This document shows positions 51,125-62,599 of a stretch of DNA of 64,000 nucleotides, piece after piece. The notes below the pieces were generated by a model. The model was not told the DNA's origin, searched no databases, and saw nothing but the letters and a program-made list of their open reading frames with translations. This stretch comes from Squalus acanthias (Eukaryota): NCBI GenBank assembly GCA_030390025.1, contig CM059432.1:34970001-35034000 (forward strand), in the 5' to 3' direction. Position 1 is the first letter of the stretch. Each line of letters begins with the position of its first letter. A program made the translations under genes and the position numbers.

Positions 51125-51496
51125 TCACATTACAGTTTCTCTCTCTTCCTCGATGACCAACGAAGGCTTGTAGCACCCTGGAGGCCCCAAACTCCTGCCA
51201 TGCTCGTCGTCCTTGCCATACTGCTCAGGAAGGGAAGAGGGGTGCGAGTTCTCGGACGCCGAGCCGTTCTTGACGTAGCCTGGCAGGTTCCGATGCCCGT
51301 TCAGCAGCCCGCTGCCCAGTCGGCTGTTGACGTGGAGGGCCTGTGGGGCCCGGGTGGTCAGGTTGGTGCTGATGCTGTTGTTGGTGTGTGACACCATCGG
51401 CCCATAGCTGTAGGTGGTGCTCCCATTCCGGGCTTTGCGTTTGAAGTCAAGTGCTAAGGTCCAGCGTGCCCATGCCTTTTTGATCTCACTCTGGAC
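51125..51496 (-). CDS. PTH1R: Terminal coding exon of parathyroid hormone 1 receptor (class B GPCR helix 8 and cytoplasmic tail, 123 aa plus stop)
   Basis: Translation [38 protein letters not shown]...[14 protein letters not shown]...EEERETVM* matches the vertebrate PTH1R tail ([32 protein letters not shown]..ETVM). A polypyrimidine tract and AG acceptor (minus strand ...gcccttttcttcag|GTC) lie immediately before 51496 in phase 0. TGA stop at 51125-51127. Confidence 0.92.
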   Translation of the reverse strand, partial: [123 protein letters not shown]

Positions 51497-51541
51497 CTGA
51501 AGAAAAGGGCAGTGATATAGAATCAAAAGTGGCAAAACACA

Positions 51542-52111
51542 CGACCTTGAACTTGGCTCGCGCCTGAATCGAAGAGCGAGCCTGGTGCAGTGCGCACTGC
51601 AAGAACCTAATTTTCCCGGTGGCAGGTCCATAGCAAATTGGCCTGCCGGTCTCATTCGTTTATTACCACCAAGTGGCCAGAGGCAGTCCGCCAGTCACAG
51701 GGGGTGGGCTGGGCAGCGAGATTGGCCTGCTCCACAATCGGGTAAGGAAAAAAACGTAATATTTACCTTCCGAGTGGCAGCCCCCAGCGGTCCCTTTAAA
51801 GGACCACTCATTGGGCTGCCAAGCGCCTGAAGAAACTGACCGTAGCATGGACAGCGCACGCTGCGCTTACTCGCAACGGATTTCTTAAATGCGGCTTGAA
51901 ACAAGCATTAAGCCCCCGATTTGTATACGCATAGCACCTAATGCCAGTCTCAGGCACATGCTCTGGACGCCTAGAGAGGAGTCCTAATCAATATGGCTGG
52001 TATTGCACTTCTGGCACAGAATGAGCGCACACATGCCACCCACCATATTGGTCCCTTAGGTACCTGTTTTATGCCTGTAAAACAGGCACAGTGCGATCCA
52101 ATTTCTAGGCC
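51542..52111. mobile_element. Probable Harbinger-type MITE in the last PTH1R intron, ~45 bp from the acceptor
   Basis: Right end ccaatttctaggccc resembles the other MITE termini. The left end is degenerate (gaccttgaacttgg). Confidence 0.45.
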
Positions 52112-52194
52112 CATGACTTTCAAAATCACAAAGAAGAAAAAGAAAAATCAGTAATTGGCAAACTATTGCACCATGTTCAAAGCATTTCCTCCGC

Positions 52195-52585
52195 CTCCAT
52201 TTTGTCGGACGGCAGCTGTTGATGTTTCTGCCATTCCCATTTATACCTCTTCTAGACCCATCTTTTGTTTCTTTACTTGTCCCATTACCATCTCCTTTTG
52301 TCTTGCATCATCATCCCTTTCGTCCTTTAATCTCTCCTGCCTTCCATCCTATCACAGACCTTCCCTTTTGTTCTTTCCTCCCACCCCCCACCCCCCCCAC
52401 TTTCCCTGCCTCTGCATTTGCTTAAAACCTGTTACACCTCTCACTTTTTCCAGTTCTGACAAAAGGTCATCGACCTGAAACGTCAACTCTGTTTCTCTCT
52501 CCACAGATGCTGCCTGACCTGCTGAGTATTTGCAGCATTTTCTCTTTTTATTTCAGATTTCCAGCATCCGCAGTATTTTGCTTTT
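52195..52585 (+). mobile_element. Penelope-like pseudo-LTR fragment
   Basis: Colinear with 8285-8640. Confidence 0.75.
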
Positions 52586-52799
52586 GTATGAGGAGAGGGG
52601 ACCGGGTAAATGGAAGGGGAGCAACAATGGTATATTGGGGGATAAAGGAGGCACCAGGTAAGATGGGCAGAGATTCCAGGGGTCCAAGGGAAGCAGTATT
52701 TTGCTTTTGTATTAGAGGTTGTATTACTTGCTTGTCATTTTCTTGCTTGTTATTTAATTTAATAATGTAGAATAGTTGTATCAGAACAATATTGTTATT

Positions 52800-53630
52800 A
52801 GTCCATGCTCGCATGCGACAAGACCTGGACGACGTTCAGGCTTGGGCTGATAAGTGGCAGATAACATTCGCGCCACAGAAGTGCCAGGCAATGACTATCT
52901 CCAACAAGCGAGAGTCTAAACACCGCCCCTTGACATTCAATGGCATTACCATCACCGAATCCCCCACCATCAACATCCTGGAGGTCACCATTGACCAGAA
53001 ACTTAACTGGACCAGCCACATAAATACTGTGGCACCAAGAGGCTAGGTATTCTGCGGCGAGTGTCTCACCTCCTGACTCCCCAAAGCCTTTAAACCATCT
53101 ACAAGGCACAAGTAAGGAGTGTGATGGAATACTCTCCACTTGCCTGGATGAGTGCAGCTCCAACAACACTCAAGAAGCTCGACACCATCCAGGACAAAGC
53201 AGCCCGCTTGATTGGCACCCCATCCACCACCTTAAACATTCACTCCCTCCACCACTGGTGTACCGTGGCTGCAGTGTGTACCATCTACACAATGCACTGC
53301 AGCAACTCGCCAAGGCTTCTTCGGCAGCACCTCCCAAATCTGCGACCTCTTCCAACTAGAAGGACAAGAGCAGCAGGCACATGGGAACACCACCGCCTCC
53401 AAGTTCCCCTCCAAGTCACACATCATCCTGACTTAGAAGTATATCGCCGATCCTTCATCATCGCTGGTCAAAATCCTGGAACTCCCTACCTAACAGCACT
53501 GTGGGAGTACCTTCACCACACGGAGTGCAGCGGTTCAAGAAGGCGGCTCACCACCACCTTCTCAAGGGCAATTAGGGATGGGCAATAAATGCTGGCCTTG
53601 CCAGCGATGCCCACATCCCATAAAAATGAA
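52800..53630 (+). mobile_element. 3' fragment of a second CR1/L2-group LINE family
   Basis: DLDDVQAWADKWQITFAPQKCQAM..IDQKLNWTSHI, MEYSPLAW. Its 3' end gggcaataaatgctggcc recurs in short copies at ~3720-3860, ~4820-4870 and ~7470-7870. Confidence 0.75.
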
Positions 53631-53669
53631 TTTAAAAAATGTATCTATTAAAGCTTGTTGTTTGAAACC

Positions 53670-55612
53670 ATTTGGGCCAGAATCGCGCGGAGAGGTACTC
53701 ATCAAGGACAGAGAGGCAGTCAGTGCCCGCTGGAAGGAGCACTTCGAAGAGCTCCTTAACCGAGACTCTGTCTTCGACGCGAGTGTCCTCAACTCCATCC
53801 CGCAGCATGCTACCCGCCACCATCTCAGCACAACCCCAGCCCGGCATGAGGTTGAAAAGGCCATCCGACAACTGAAGAACAACAAGGCCTCAGGAGCAGA
53901 TGGAATCCCTGCCGAGGCACTAAAGCATGGCAGAGAAGCACTACTGGCGCGAATTCATGAACTCATTTCTCTTATCTGGAAGGAGGAGAGCATGCCAGGG
54001 TATCTCAGAGACACCGTAATTGTGACCATCTTCAAGAAAGGTGACAAGTCCGATTGCGGTAATTACAGAGGAGTTTCCCTCATGTCTGCCACAGGGAAAG
54101 TCATCGCAAGAATCCTCGTCAATCGCCTTCTCCCAGTGGCAGAAGAGCTCCTCCCAGAGTCGCAATGTGGATTCCGCCCACTAAGGGGCACAATTGTCAT
54201 GATCTTCACCGCACGTCAATTACAAGAGAAATGCAGGGAACAGCACCAACCACTGTACATGGCCTTCTTTGATCTCACAAAGGCCTTCGACACTGTCAAC
54301 CGTGAGGGATTATGGAGTGTCCTCCTAAAATTCGTCTGCCCTCAAAAGTTTGTCACCATCCTCCGCCTGCTTCACGATGACATACAAGCTGTGATCGTGA
54401 CCAACGGTTCCACCACAGACCCAATTCACGTACGAACCGGGGTCAAGCAAGGCTGTCATCACACCAACGCTCTTCTCGATCTTCCTTGCTGCAATGCTCC
54501 ATCTCACCCTCAGTAAGCTCCCCACTGGAGTGGAGCTAATTTACAGAACAAACAGGAAACTGTTCAACCTCCGTCGCCTCCAGTCCAGATCCAAGGTCGT
54601 CCCATCCTCTGTCGTCGAATTACAGTATGCAGACAACGCTTGCGTCTGCGCTCAGTCGGAGGTCGAACTCCAAACCATCGTCAACACCTTCACCGAAGCA
54701 TATGAGAGCATGGGCCTTACACTAAACATCCGTAAGACAAAGGTCCTCTACCAACCTGCCCCCGCCACACAGTACTGCCCCCCGATTATCAAAATCCACG
54801 ACAAGCCCTTGGACAATGTGGACCACTTTCCATACCTCGGGAGCCTACTGTCAACAAGGGCAGACGTCGATGACGAAGTCCAACACCGCCTTCAGTGTGC
54901 CAGTGCAGCCTTCGGTCACCTGAGGAAGAGAGTGTTTGAAGACCAGGACCTCAAACCCGGCACTAAGCTCATGGTCTACAGAGCAGCAGTGATACCCGCC
55001 CTGCTGTATGCCTCAGAGACATGGACCATGTACAGCAGGCACCTCAAACCACTGGAGAGGTACCACCAACGCTGCCTCTGCAAGATCCTGCAAATCCATT
55101 GGCAGGATAGGCGCACCTACGTCAGTGTTCTCGCTCAGGCCAACATCCCCAGCATCGAAGCTTTGACCACGCTCGATCAGCTCCGATGGACGGGTTACAT
55201 TGTCCGCATGCCCGATACGAGACTCCCAAAACAAGCGCTCTACTCGGAGCTCCGGCACGGCAAGAGAGCCCCAGGTGGGCAGAGGAAACGCTTCAAGGAC
55301 ACCCTCAAAGCCTCCTTGAAAAAGTGTAACATCCCCACCGACACCTGGGAATCCCTGGCCCAAGACCGCACAAAGTGGAGGAGAAGCATCCGAGAAGGCG
55401 CCGAACACCTCGAGTCTCTTCGCTGGGAGCAGGCGGAAGCCAAGCACAAACAGCGCAAGGAGTGCACGTCAACCCAAGCACCCCACCCACCCGCCCCTTC
55501 AACCACCGTCTGCCCCACCTGTGACAGAGACTCATCAGTCACCTGCAAACTCATTTTTAATGTGGAAGCAAGTCATCCTCGGTTCCAAGGGACTGCCTAA
55601 GAAGAAGAAGAG
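53670..55612 (+). mobile_element. 5'-truncated RTE-clade LINE (RT plus C-terminal region), one frameshift
   Basis: LLPESQCGFR..MIFTARQLQEKCREQ..AFFDLTKAFDTVNR, GVKQGC, LQYADN, YLGS, QLRWTG..RLPK, C-terminal CPTC, and a (gaa)n tail at ~55600-55612. Confidence 0.9.
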
Positions 55613-56380
55613 TTATTGTTACAGGACTCACAACCCTTTGTTGCAACAGTAACCACGGTAGTAAAATTCACTTTCAGTGCAAGACTGGAGTTACATGTAG
55701 GCCAGGTTTACTTCCCTAAAAGACATTACTGAAACAGTTGGGTTTTTATGACAATCTGACAGATTCCTGGTCACTTTTACTGATAGCAGCATTTTATTTC
55801 CAGATTTTTAAATTCAAATTCTCAAACTGCCATGGTGGGATTTGAACTCATGATCTGCTGGATTATTAGTCCAGGCCTCTGGATTATTAGTCCAGTAACA
55901 TAACCACTATGCTACTGTACGCTGGATTGGCTGGGCACTCTGCATAAATTGTTCTGATATATCTCCCCAGCAGAGATTTCACTTAAAAGGCTCATTTGTT
56001 AGGAGGCCGAGTATAGTAGGACAGTGTCGAATGAAAAAAAAAATCGATGTACATCAATCAATATTTTTGTAGCTGTCTACGGAATATAAAATGAGGGAAT
56101 GATTTGAGCAAGTAGTGCTCCCCGTGGATTTTCCCTCTCAGTTTAAATCACTCACTCATGGGGGTTATTATGGTCAATGGAAATTAAAATCGGGAGAGAT
56201 GTATAATGGGCGGCTGATCCACTATCACCCATTTTACACTATTGCCCAAAGTTAAAATTACTCCCATATTGTAATGATGAGAAAATTTGAGAAGATTGGA
56301 TTCTCTGGAGCACAAAAGATAAAAGAGAACCTAATTGAAGGATTCAAAATTCTGAAAGCATCTGAGAAGGTAGAATCATA

Positions 56381-57009
56381 GGGCTGGATTTTCATTGACC
56401 TGTGGAGGCGGGTTTGGAGGTGTGTGGGGGGTTAAAATTGCAAAAACTGGCGGGTGGGCACAAGCCCGCCTCTACGCAATTTTCATTAAATCGTGTCTGC
56501 TTGTCCCGACTCCGTCCCGCCTCTAAGAGATGGGATAGGCTGTTAAGGCTCTTAACAAGCACTAAATTGGCTCAATAATACCATTTTGAAAGGCCTTTAT
56601 GATTTTAACCCTTGTTCTCCATGAAGCACGCCTGTTCTGAAGCATGATTGTGAAACCTGGCGGGAGCACATTTGGATAGCTGACTATCAGTGACTGGGGC
56701 TGGCAGGCATCTGGGATGGAGGAGCCGTATCTCTCTCTCTCTCTCTCTCATATTCTCATTTTGCATCCAGGTCCTCTCACAGCAAAGGCCAGGCAGTCTC
56801 TGACCTTCAATGCAGCAGCAATGATGACATCATCAGAGGCGACTTTCAGACTGAAACCACTAATTAGTTCATGGGCTCCCACATGCTGGAACTCAATTGC
56901 CCAATTAGGTGAAAATTGCATCAATTTCCCACATCCAATTGCAGTCGGGTGGATAACACAAAAAGTGGATGACACGACCCCAACCCGCCCCAGTATCAAA
57001 ATCCAGCCC
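56381..57009. mobile_element. Harbinger-type MITE
   Basis: Perfect 12-bp TIR gggctggatttt/aaaatccagccc. Flanks gaatcata|...|agagaattta. Confidence 0.72.
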
Positions 57010-59589
57010 AGAGAATTTAAAGCACAGGAAAGGGTCAGTCAATCTATCACACCTGCTCTTCAACTAGAGCTATCCACTCACATCCCATTTTATAAATATG
57101 ACTTCCATAATCCTCTATCATTCGTGATCCGACAAACCATCGCATGCAGGACATTAAAACAGACGCATTTAGTATGTAATTGTTCTACTTGAGTTTGGTA
57201 ATAGTATACAACAACAATCATCTGATTCCACTTACTGAGGCCACACCTTTCCCGCCCGGCAGCATTTTATCGTCACTGATTTTGAAGCCGCCCGTGGCTC
57301 CCGCTGCAGGCAGGCAGGGCCTAATTTAAATCTACAAGTCGCAGATTGATGACATCATCAGCACTGCAACGACATTTTAATTTCAGCATTCGGGAGGCCC
57401 GCACGAGGCCAACTCCGACAGCCGAACCAAATGGGAATCCCGGAGTGACCAGAAGAAGCCATGGTAACTTAATAAATATGACTTTTACGTGGAATCCTTG
57501 TGGGCCAGGATGAGCAGGAGTGCTGCCCCCACCCCCGGGCCCTGCAAGGAGCTCTTGGGTCTCCCCAGCCCCAGTCTTACATCTCCCTCCCCTGACCGGT
57601 ATCGGCTCAGCAACCCCCCTCCCCCAGAATGTACCTTATGCCGGGGACCGTTATCATAGAATAGTAGAATAGTAAAGCACAGAAGGAGGCCATTCAGCCC
57701 ATTGAGTTTGCGCCAGCTCTTTCAAAGAGCAATCCAGTTAGTCCCACACTCCCGCTCTTTCCCTATATCACTGCAATTTTTTCTCCTTCAAGTATTTATC
57801 CAATTCCCTTTTGAAGGCTGCTATTGAATCTGTTTCCACCAGCCTATCAGGCAGTGCATTCCAAATCCTAACCACTCGTTGCATAAAAAAGTTTTTCCTC
57901 ATGTCGCCTCTGGTTCTTTTGTCGATCACCTTAAATCTGTGCCCTCTTGTTATCGACCCTTCAGCCATTGGAAACAGTTTCTCTTTATTTACTCTATCTA
58001 AATCCTTCGTGATTTTAAACTCCTCTATCAAATCTCCTCTTAGCCTTCTTTGCTCCAAGGAGAACAACCTCAGCTTCTCCAGTCTATCCGCATTAAAGGT
58101 ATTCCCTCATCCCTGGAACATTTCTAGTAAATTTCTTCTGTACCCTCTCCAAAGCCTTCAGGTCTTTCCTAAAGTGTGGTGCCCAGAATTGGACACATAC
58201 CCTATATGAGCTAAAGTTCTGGAGAGAGACTTGAAAGTGAAATTTTCCAACTCAGAAACAAGACTGCTATCACAAAGCCAAGCTGACACTTAAATTGTTA
58301 TATAAGGTAATTTATCAGATAGAAATACTTTTTAAGTGTAAAATATGGTCTATAATAAAGTTTTTTTTAAATTTGTGGGTTCTGTTACTTCCTTTGAAAA
58401 ATGCCAAAAGTTCATTACAATGTGTTGTTTCTACAACTACAAGTCAGAGCATATCTCTTTTGTACATCAAAGGCCTGCTTTGTCATTATTCATTTTCAAA
58501 GTGTAGTTTTCCGAGAAGTTAGCCTTGCCATTAACCATCAGAAAGGTGAATGCAGATTGAGTTCAGGGAAGGGGCTGAATCTGGGCCCTGCTTCCCATGA
58601 TGTCACATTTAATTGCTCCTGTGGTGACAATATTGGAAAAATTAGCAACTTTAAAAGCACATTTTGATGTGTCATTAGTGTCACCCCCAAAATTCCCTTA
58701 GGCATTGTTTTCTGTATCCCCATCATCAGTGTCAAATCAACTGCCATTTTTTAAAGATCTAACCCACCACGATCATGATCTGCTGAAGTTTTTTATGGGA
58801 TGCTAAAATATAAGTCAATTGTGTACAAAGGAAATTGCTTGAGATGCCTGTTTGAAAAGAAGACAAGAACAACCAAGCAAGCAACAAATGCAATCCTGAA
58901 CCCCTGACAATCACTGCTGAGAATGCCTTCTGTTGTGATTGTCAGACAAAAGTAAAACTTTCTCCTGTGTGTTAAGCTGGTGCACAACATGAGGACTGTG
59001 AAATTCTAGTTTTAACTCTCCATAGAGCCTGTCACCTTCACCGACTTAATGGTATATTACATCTGCGGCGATGGCACATTGCTGTCTGATGATTCTGCCA
59101 CTCTCCGACGTGAGTTTTCATTCGTACTTTATAACCCACTGGAGGTAAAGAGCTCTTAGAAGTCGGAAACATTACAAATGCTGACATTCGCAGGACTGTC
59201 AGCTAGTAATAATTAAAAGCAAGTAGACTGAAACACAGGCCAACGTATGTCTAAAAACAAGGCATAAATATTACAAAGTATAAAAAGAAGGAAAGAAAGG
59301 AAAACTTGCATTGGTGTGGTGCCTTTCATGACCTCAGGATGTCCCGGGGCACTTTGCAGCTGGTGAACTGCTTTTGAAGTGTAGTTACTGTTGTAAGGTA
59401 GGAAACGCAGCAGCCAATTTGCACACCAACAGCAATGTGGTAATGACCAGATAATCTGTTTTGGTAATGTTGGTTGGGCTAGATATTGGCCAGGATGCCA
59501 GGGACAGCTCCCCTGCTCTTCTTCGTCATGGTGCTGTGGGATCTTTTGCCTCTACCTAGTAGGGTGGGCGGGGCCTCGGTTTGGCGTAT

Positions 59590-60835
59590 TTGAGTTCTTT
59601 GAGGATGTAACAAGCAGGGTGGATAAGAGTGAGCCAGTGGATGTGGTGTATTTAGATTTCCAGCAGGCATTCGATAAGGTGCCACATAGAAAGGTTACTG
59701 CATAAGATAAGAGCTCACGGAGTTGGGGGTAATATATTAGCATGGTTAGAGAATTGGCTAAATAACCGAAAGCAGAGAGTCGGGATAAATGGGTCATTTT
59801 CCAGTTGGCAAACGGTAACTAGTGGGGTGCCACAGGGATCGGTGCTGGGGCCTCAACTATTTACAATCTACATTAATGACTTGGATGAAGGGACCGAGTG
59901 TAATGTAGCCAAGTTTGCGGATGATACAAAGATAGGTGGGAAAGCAAGTTGTGCAGAGGACTCAAAGAATCTGCAAAGGGATATAGACAGGCTAAGTGAG
60001 TGGGCAAACATTTGGCAGATGGAGTATAATGTGGGAAAGTGAGAGGTTATCCACTTTGGCAGGAAAAATAAAAAAGCAAATTATTATTTAAATGGAGAGA
60101 GATTACAAAATGCTACAGTTCAGAGGGACCTGGGGGTCCTTGTGCATGAAACACAAAAAGTTAGCATGCAGGTACAGCAAGTAATCAAAAAGGCAAATGG
60201 AATGTTGGCCTTTATTGCAAGTGGGTAGGCGTATAAAAGCAGGGAAGTCCTGCTACAACTGTACAGGGTATTGGTGAGACCACACCTTGAGTACTGCGTA
60301 CAGTTTAGGTCTCCTTATTTAAGGAAGGATATACTTGCATTGGAGGCAGTTCAGAGACGATTCACACGATTCCTGAGATGAGGGGGTTGACTTATGAAGA
60401 AAGGTTGAGCAGGCTGGGCCTATCCTCATTGGAATTTAGAAGAATGAGAGTTGATCTTATTGAAACATATAAGATACTGAGGGGACTCGAAAAGGTAGAT
60501 GCAGAGAGGATGTTTCCCCTCATGGGGAAATCTAGAACTCGGGGGCACAGTTTCAGAATAAAGGGTCGCCCTTTTAGAACTGAGATGAGGAGGAATTTCT
60601 TCTCTCAGAGGGTCGTAAATCTGTGGAATTCTCTGCCCCAGAGAGCTGTGGAGGCTGGGTCATTAAATACATTTAAGGTGGAGATAGACAGATTTTTGCA
60701 AGATAAGGGAGTGAAGGGTTATGGGGAGCGGGCGGGGAAGTGGCTTTGAGCCCAAGATCAGCTATGATCTTATTGAATGGTGGAGCAGGCTCGAGGGGCC
60801 AAGTGGCCTATTCCTGCTCCTATTTCTTATGTTAT
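59590..60835 (+). mobile_element. CR1 3' fragment in the PTH1R intron
   Basis: GVPQGSVLGPQLF..KFADDTK..RVVNLWNSLP plus CR1 3' UTR. Confidence 0.87.
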
Positions 60836-62386
60836 GTTCTCATCCAGGGGACGGCGCCTCTGGCAGTGTGGCGCTCCCTCAGTGCTCCACTGGAGTGTCA
60901 GCCTGGATTTTTGTGCTCGGGACTCTGGGGTGGGACTTGGACCCGCAGCCTACTGGCTCCCGATAGTGCTACCAACTGAGCCATGGCTGACACCGTAATG
61001 GCCGAGCAGCTTCCACTATGGGCGCAATCGGAAAAATGCGCTGGACATTGCGCCGGTTTTTGCCGATGTGAAGTTATGCTCAATTTTCAGCGAAAGCTCA
61101 TTAGCATAATCCCCAATGTAAAATCTCCCTTGAATCTGTGCAATGAACCAGCGTAATCGAGCGTCATCGATTCGTGACTGGAACAGGGTCAATGGGGTCT
61201 CAAGTAGCTGGGGCGGGGCCTATCAAATGACATTAAAAGTAAATTTCCCCTCAGTGTGAGGCTGAAGATCACAAGGTTAGACACTTTTCTCTCTCTCTGC
61301 AAACTTACAGCCATGTGCCTTTCATGTATTTTTAGTTGTCTTATTTAACCTAAATAGTACTTTAGCTGTCAAATTTATGTATGTGTATTGGGAATGCACA
61401 TTCTGATCAATTTAGATTCAACGCCCTCTTCATAAAGTTAAGATTGATTGACTCCAAAATCTAAAAAAAACAAGACTCCACAGCATTAAAAACGGCTTGG
61501 TAATAAAAACTTCCCAGGACTACTAAGATATCTCAATCAGATAGTCCCCAAACCCTCCAGAGAAACCGAGGCCACAGAACCATAGAGGGGAAACACAATC
61601 CTCAGATGGATAGCCCTAGCTCGTGAGAAATGAAGGACCAGCAGAAAGCCCTGTTCCTCCCTAGGCCACCAGCACTACAGCTGCATAGAACCATTAGAAT
61701 ACAGTGGAAAAAGACATCACCAATACATAGCCACCATACCTTCATGAACTCTGAACCAATCATAGAATCATAGAAAGTTACAGCACGGAAGGAGGCCATT
61801 TTGTCCCATTGTGTCCGCGCCAGCCAACAAAGAGCTATCCAGCCTAATCCCACTTCCCAGCTCTTGGTCCGTAGCCCTGCAGGTTACAGCATCCCAAGTG
61901 CACATCCAAGTACTTTTTAAATGTGGTTAGGGTTCCTGCCTCTACCACCCTTTCAGGCAGTGAGTTCCAGACCCCCTTAACCCTCTGGATGAAGAAATCT
62001 CCCCTCAAATCCCCTCTAAACCTTCCACCAATTACTTTAAATCTGTGTCCCCTGGTTTTTGACCCCTCTGCTAAGGGAAATAGGTCCTTTCTATCCACTT
62101 TATCTATGCCCCTCATAATTTTATACACCTCAATAAGGTCTCCCCTCAGCCTCCTCTGTTCCAAGGAAAACAGACCCAGCCTATCCAGTCTTTCCTCATA
62201 GCTAAGATTCTCTACTCCCGGCAACATCCTTGTAAATCTCCTCTGTACCCTCTCTAGTGCAATCACATCTTTCCTGTAATGTGGTGACCAGAACTGCACA
62301 CAGTACTCTAGCTGAGGCCTAACTAGTGTTTTATACAGTTGAAGCATAACCCCCCTGCTCTTGTATTCTATGCCATGGCTAATAAA

Positions 62387-62599
62387 AATGAGAAGTCACA
62401 CAACACCAGGTTATAGTCCAACAGTTTTATTTGAAATTACGAGCTTTCGGAGCGCTGCTCCTTCGTCAGGTACAGTCACGAAGGAGCAGAGCTCCGAAAG
62501 CTCGTAATTTCAAATAAAACTGTTGGACTATAACCTGGTGTTGTGCGACTTCTCATTTTTGTCCATCCCAGTCCAACACCGGCATCTCCGCATCATGAC
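62387..62599. mobile_element. Short Penelope-like insertion with head-to-head inverted pseudo-LTR arms, inside a CR1
   Basis: ~80-bp inverted repeat (62387-62466 vs 62478-62557), 10-bp TSD GGCTAATAAA (62377-62386 and 62600-62609). A fragment of the same family lies at ~17140-17186. Confidence 0.75.
62438..62473 (-). ncRNA. Minimal type I hammerhead ribozyme motif of a second Penelope-like family
   Basis: Minus strand TAC-CTGACGA-A-GGAGC-AGC-GCTCC-GAAA-GCT-C-GTA. Palindromic AGCT stem III, CUC triplet. Confidence 0.6.

Noticed and set aside
51497..51655. N-terminal 53 aa of the 176-aa ORF
   Set aside because: Intronic read-through upstream of the AG acceptor, partly MITE sequence, with no receptor similarity.
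58793..58990. Possible penultimate PTH1R exon (cag|GFRIAFVACLVVL)
   Set aside because: Hydrophobic but does not match the conserved GFFVAIIYCFCNGE TM7 exon and lacks a suitably placed donor.
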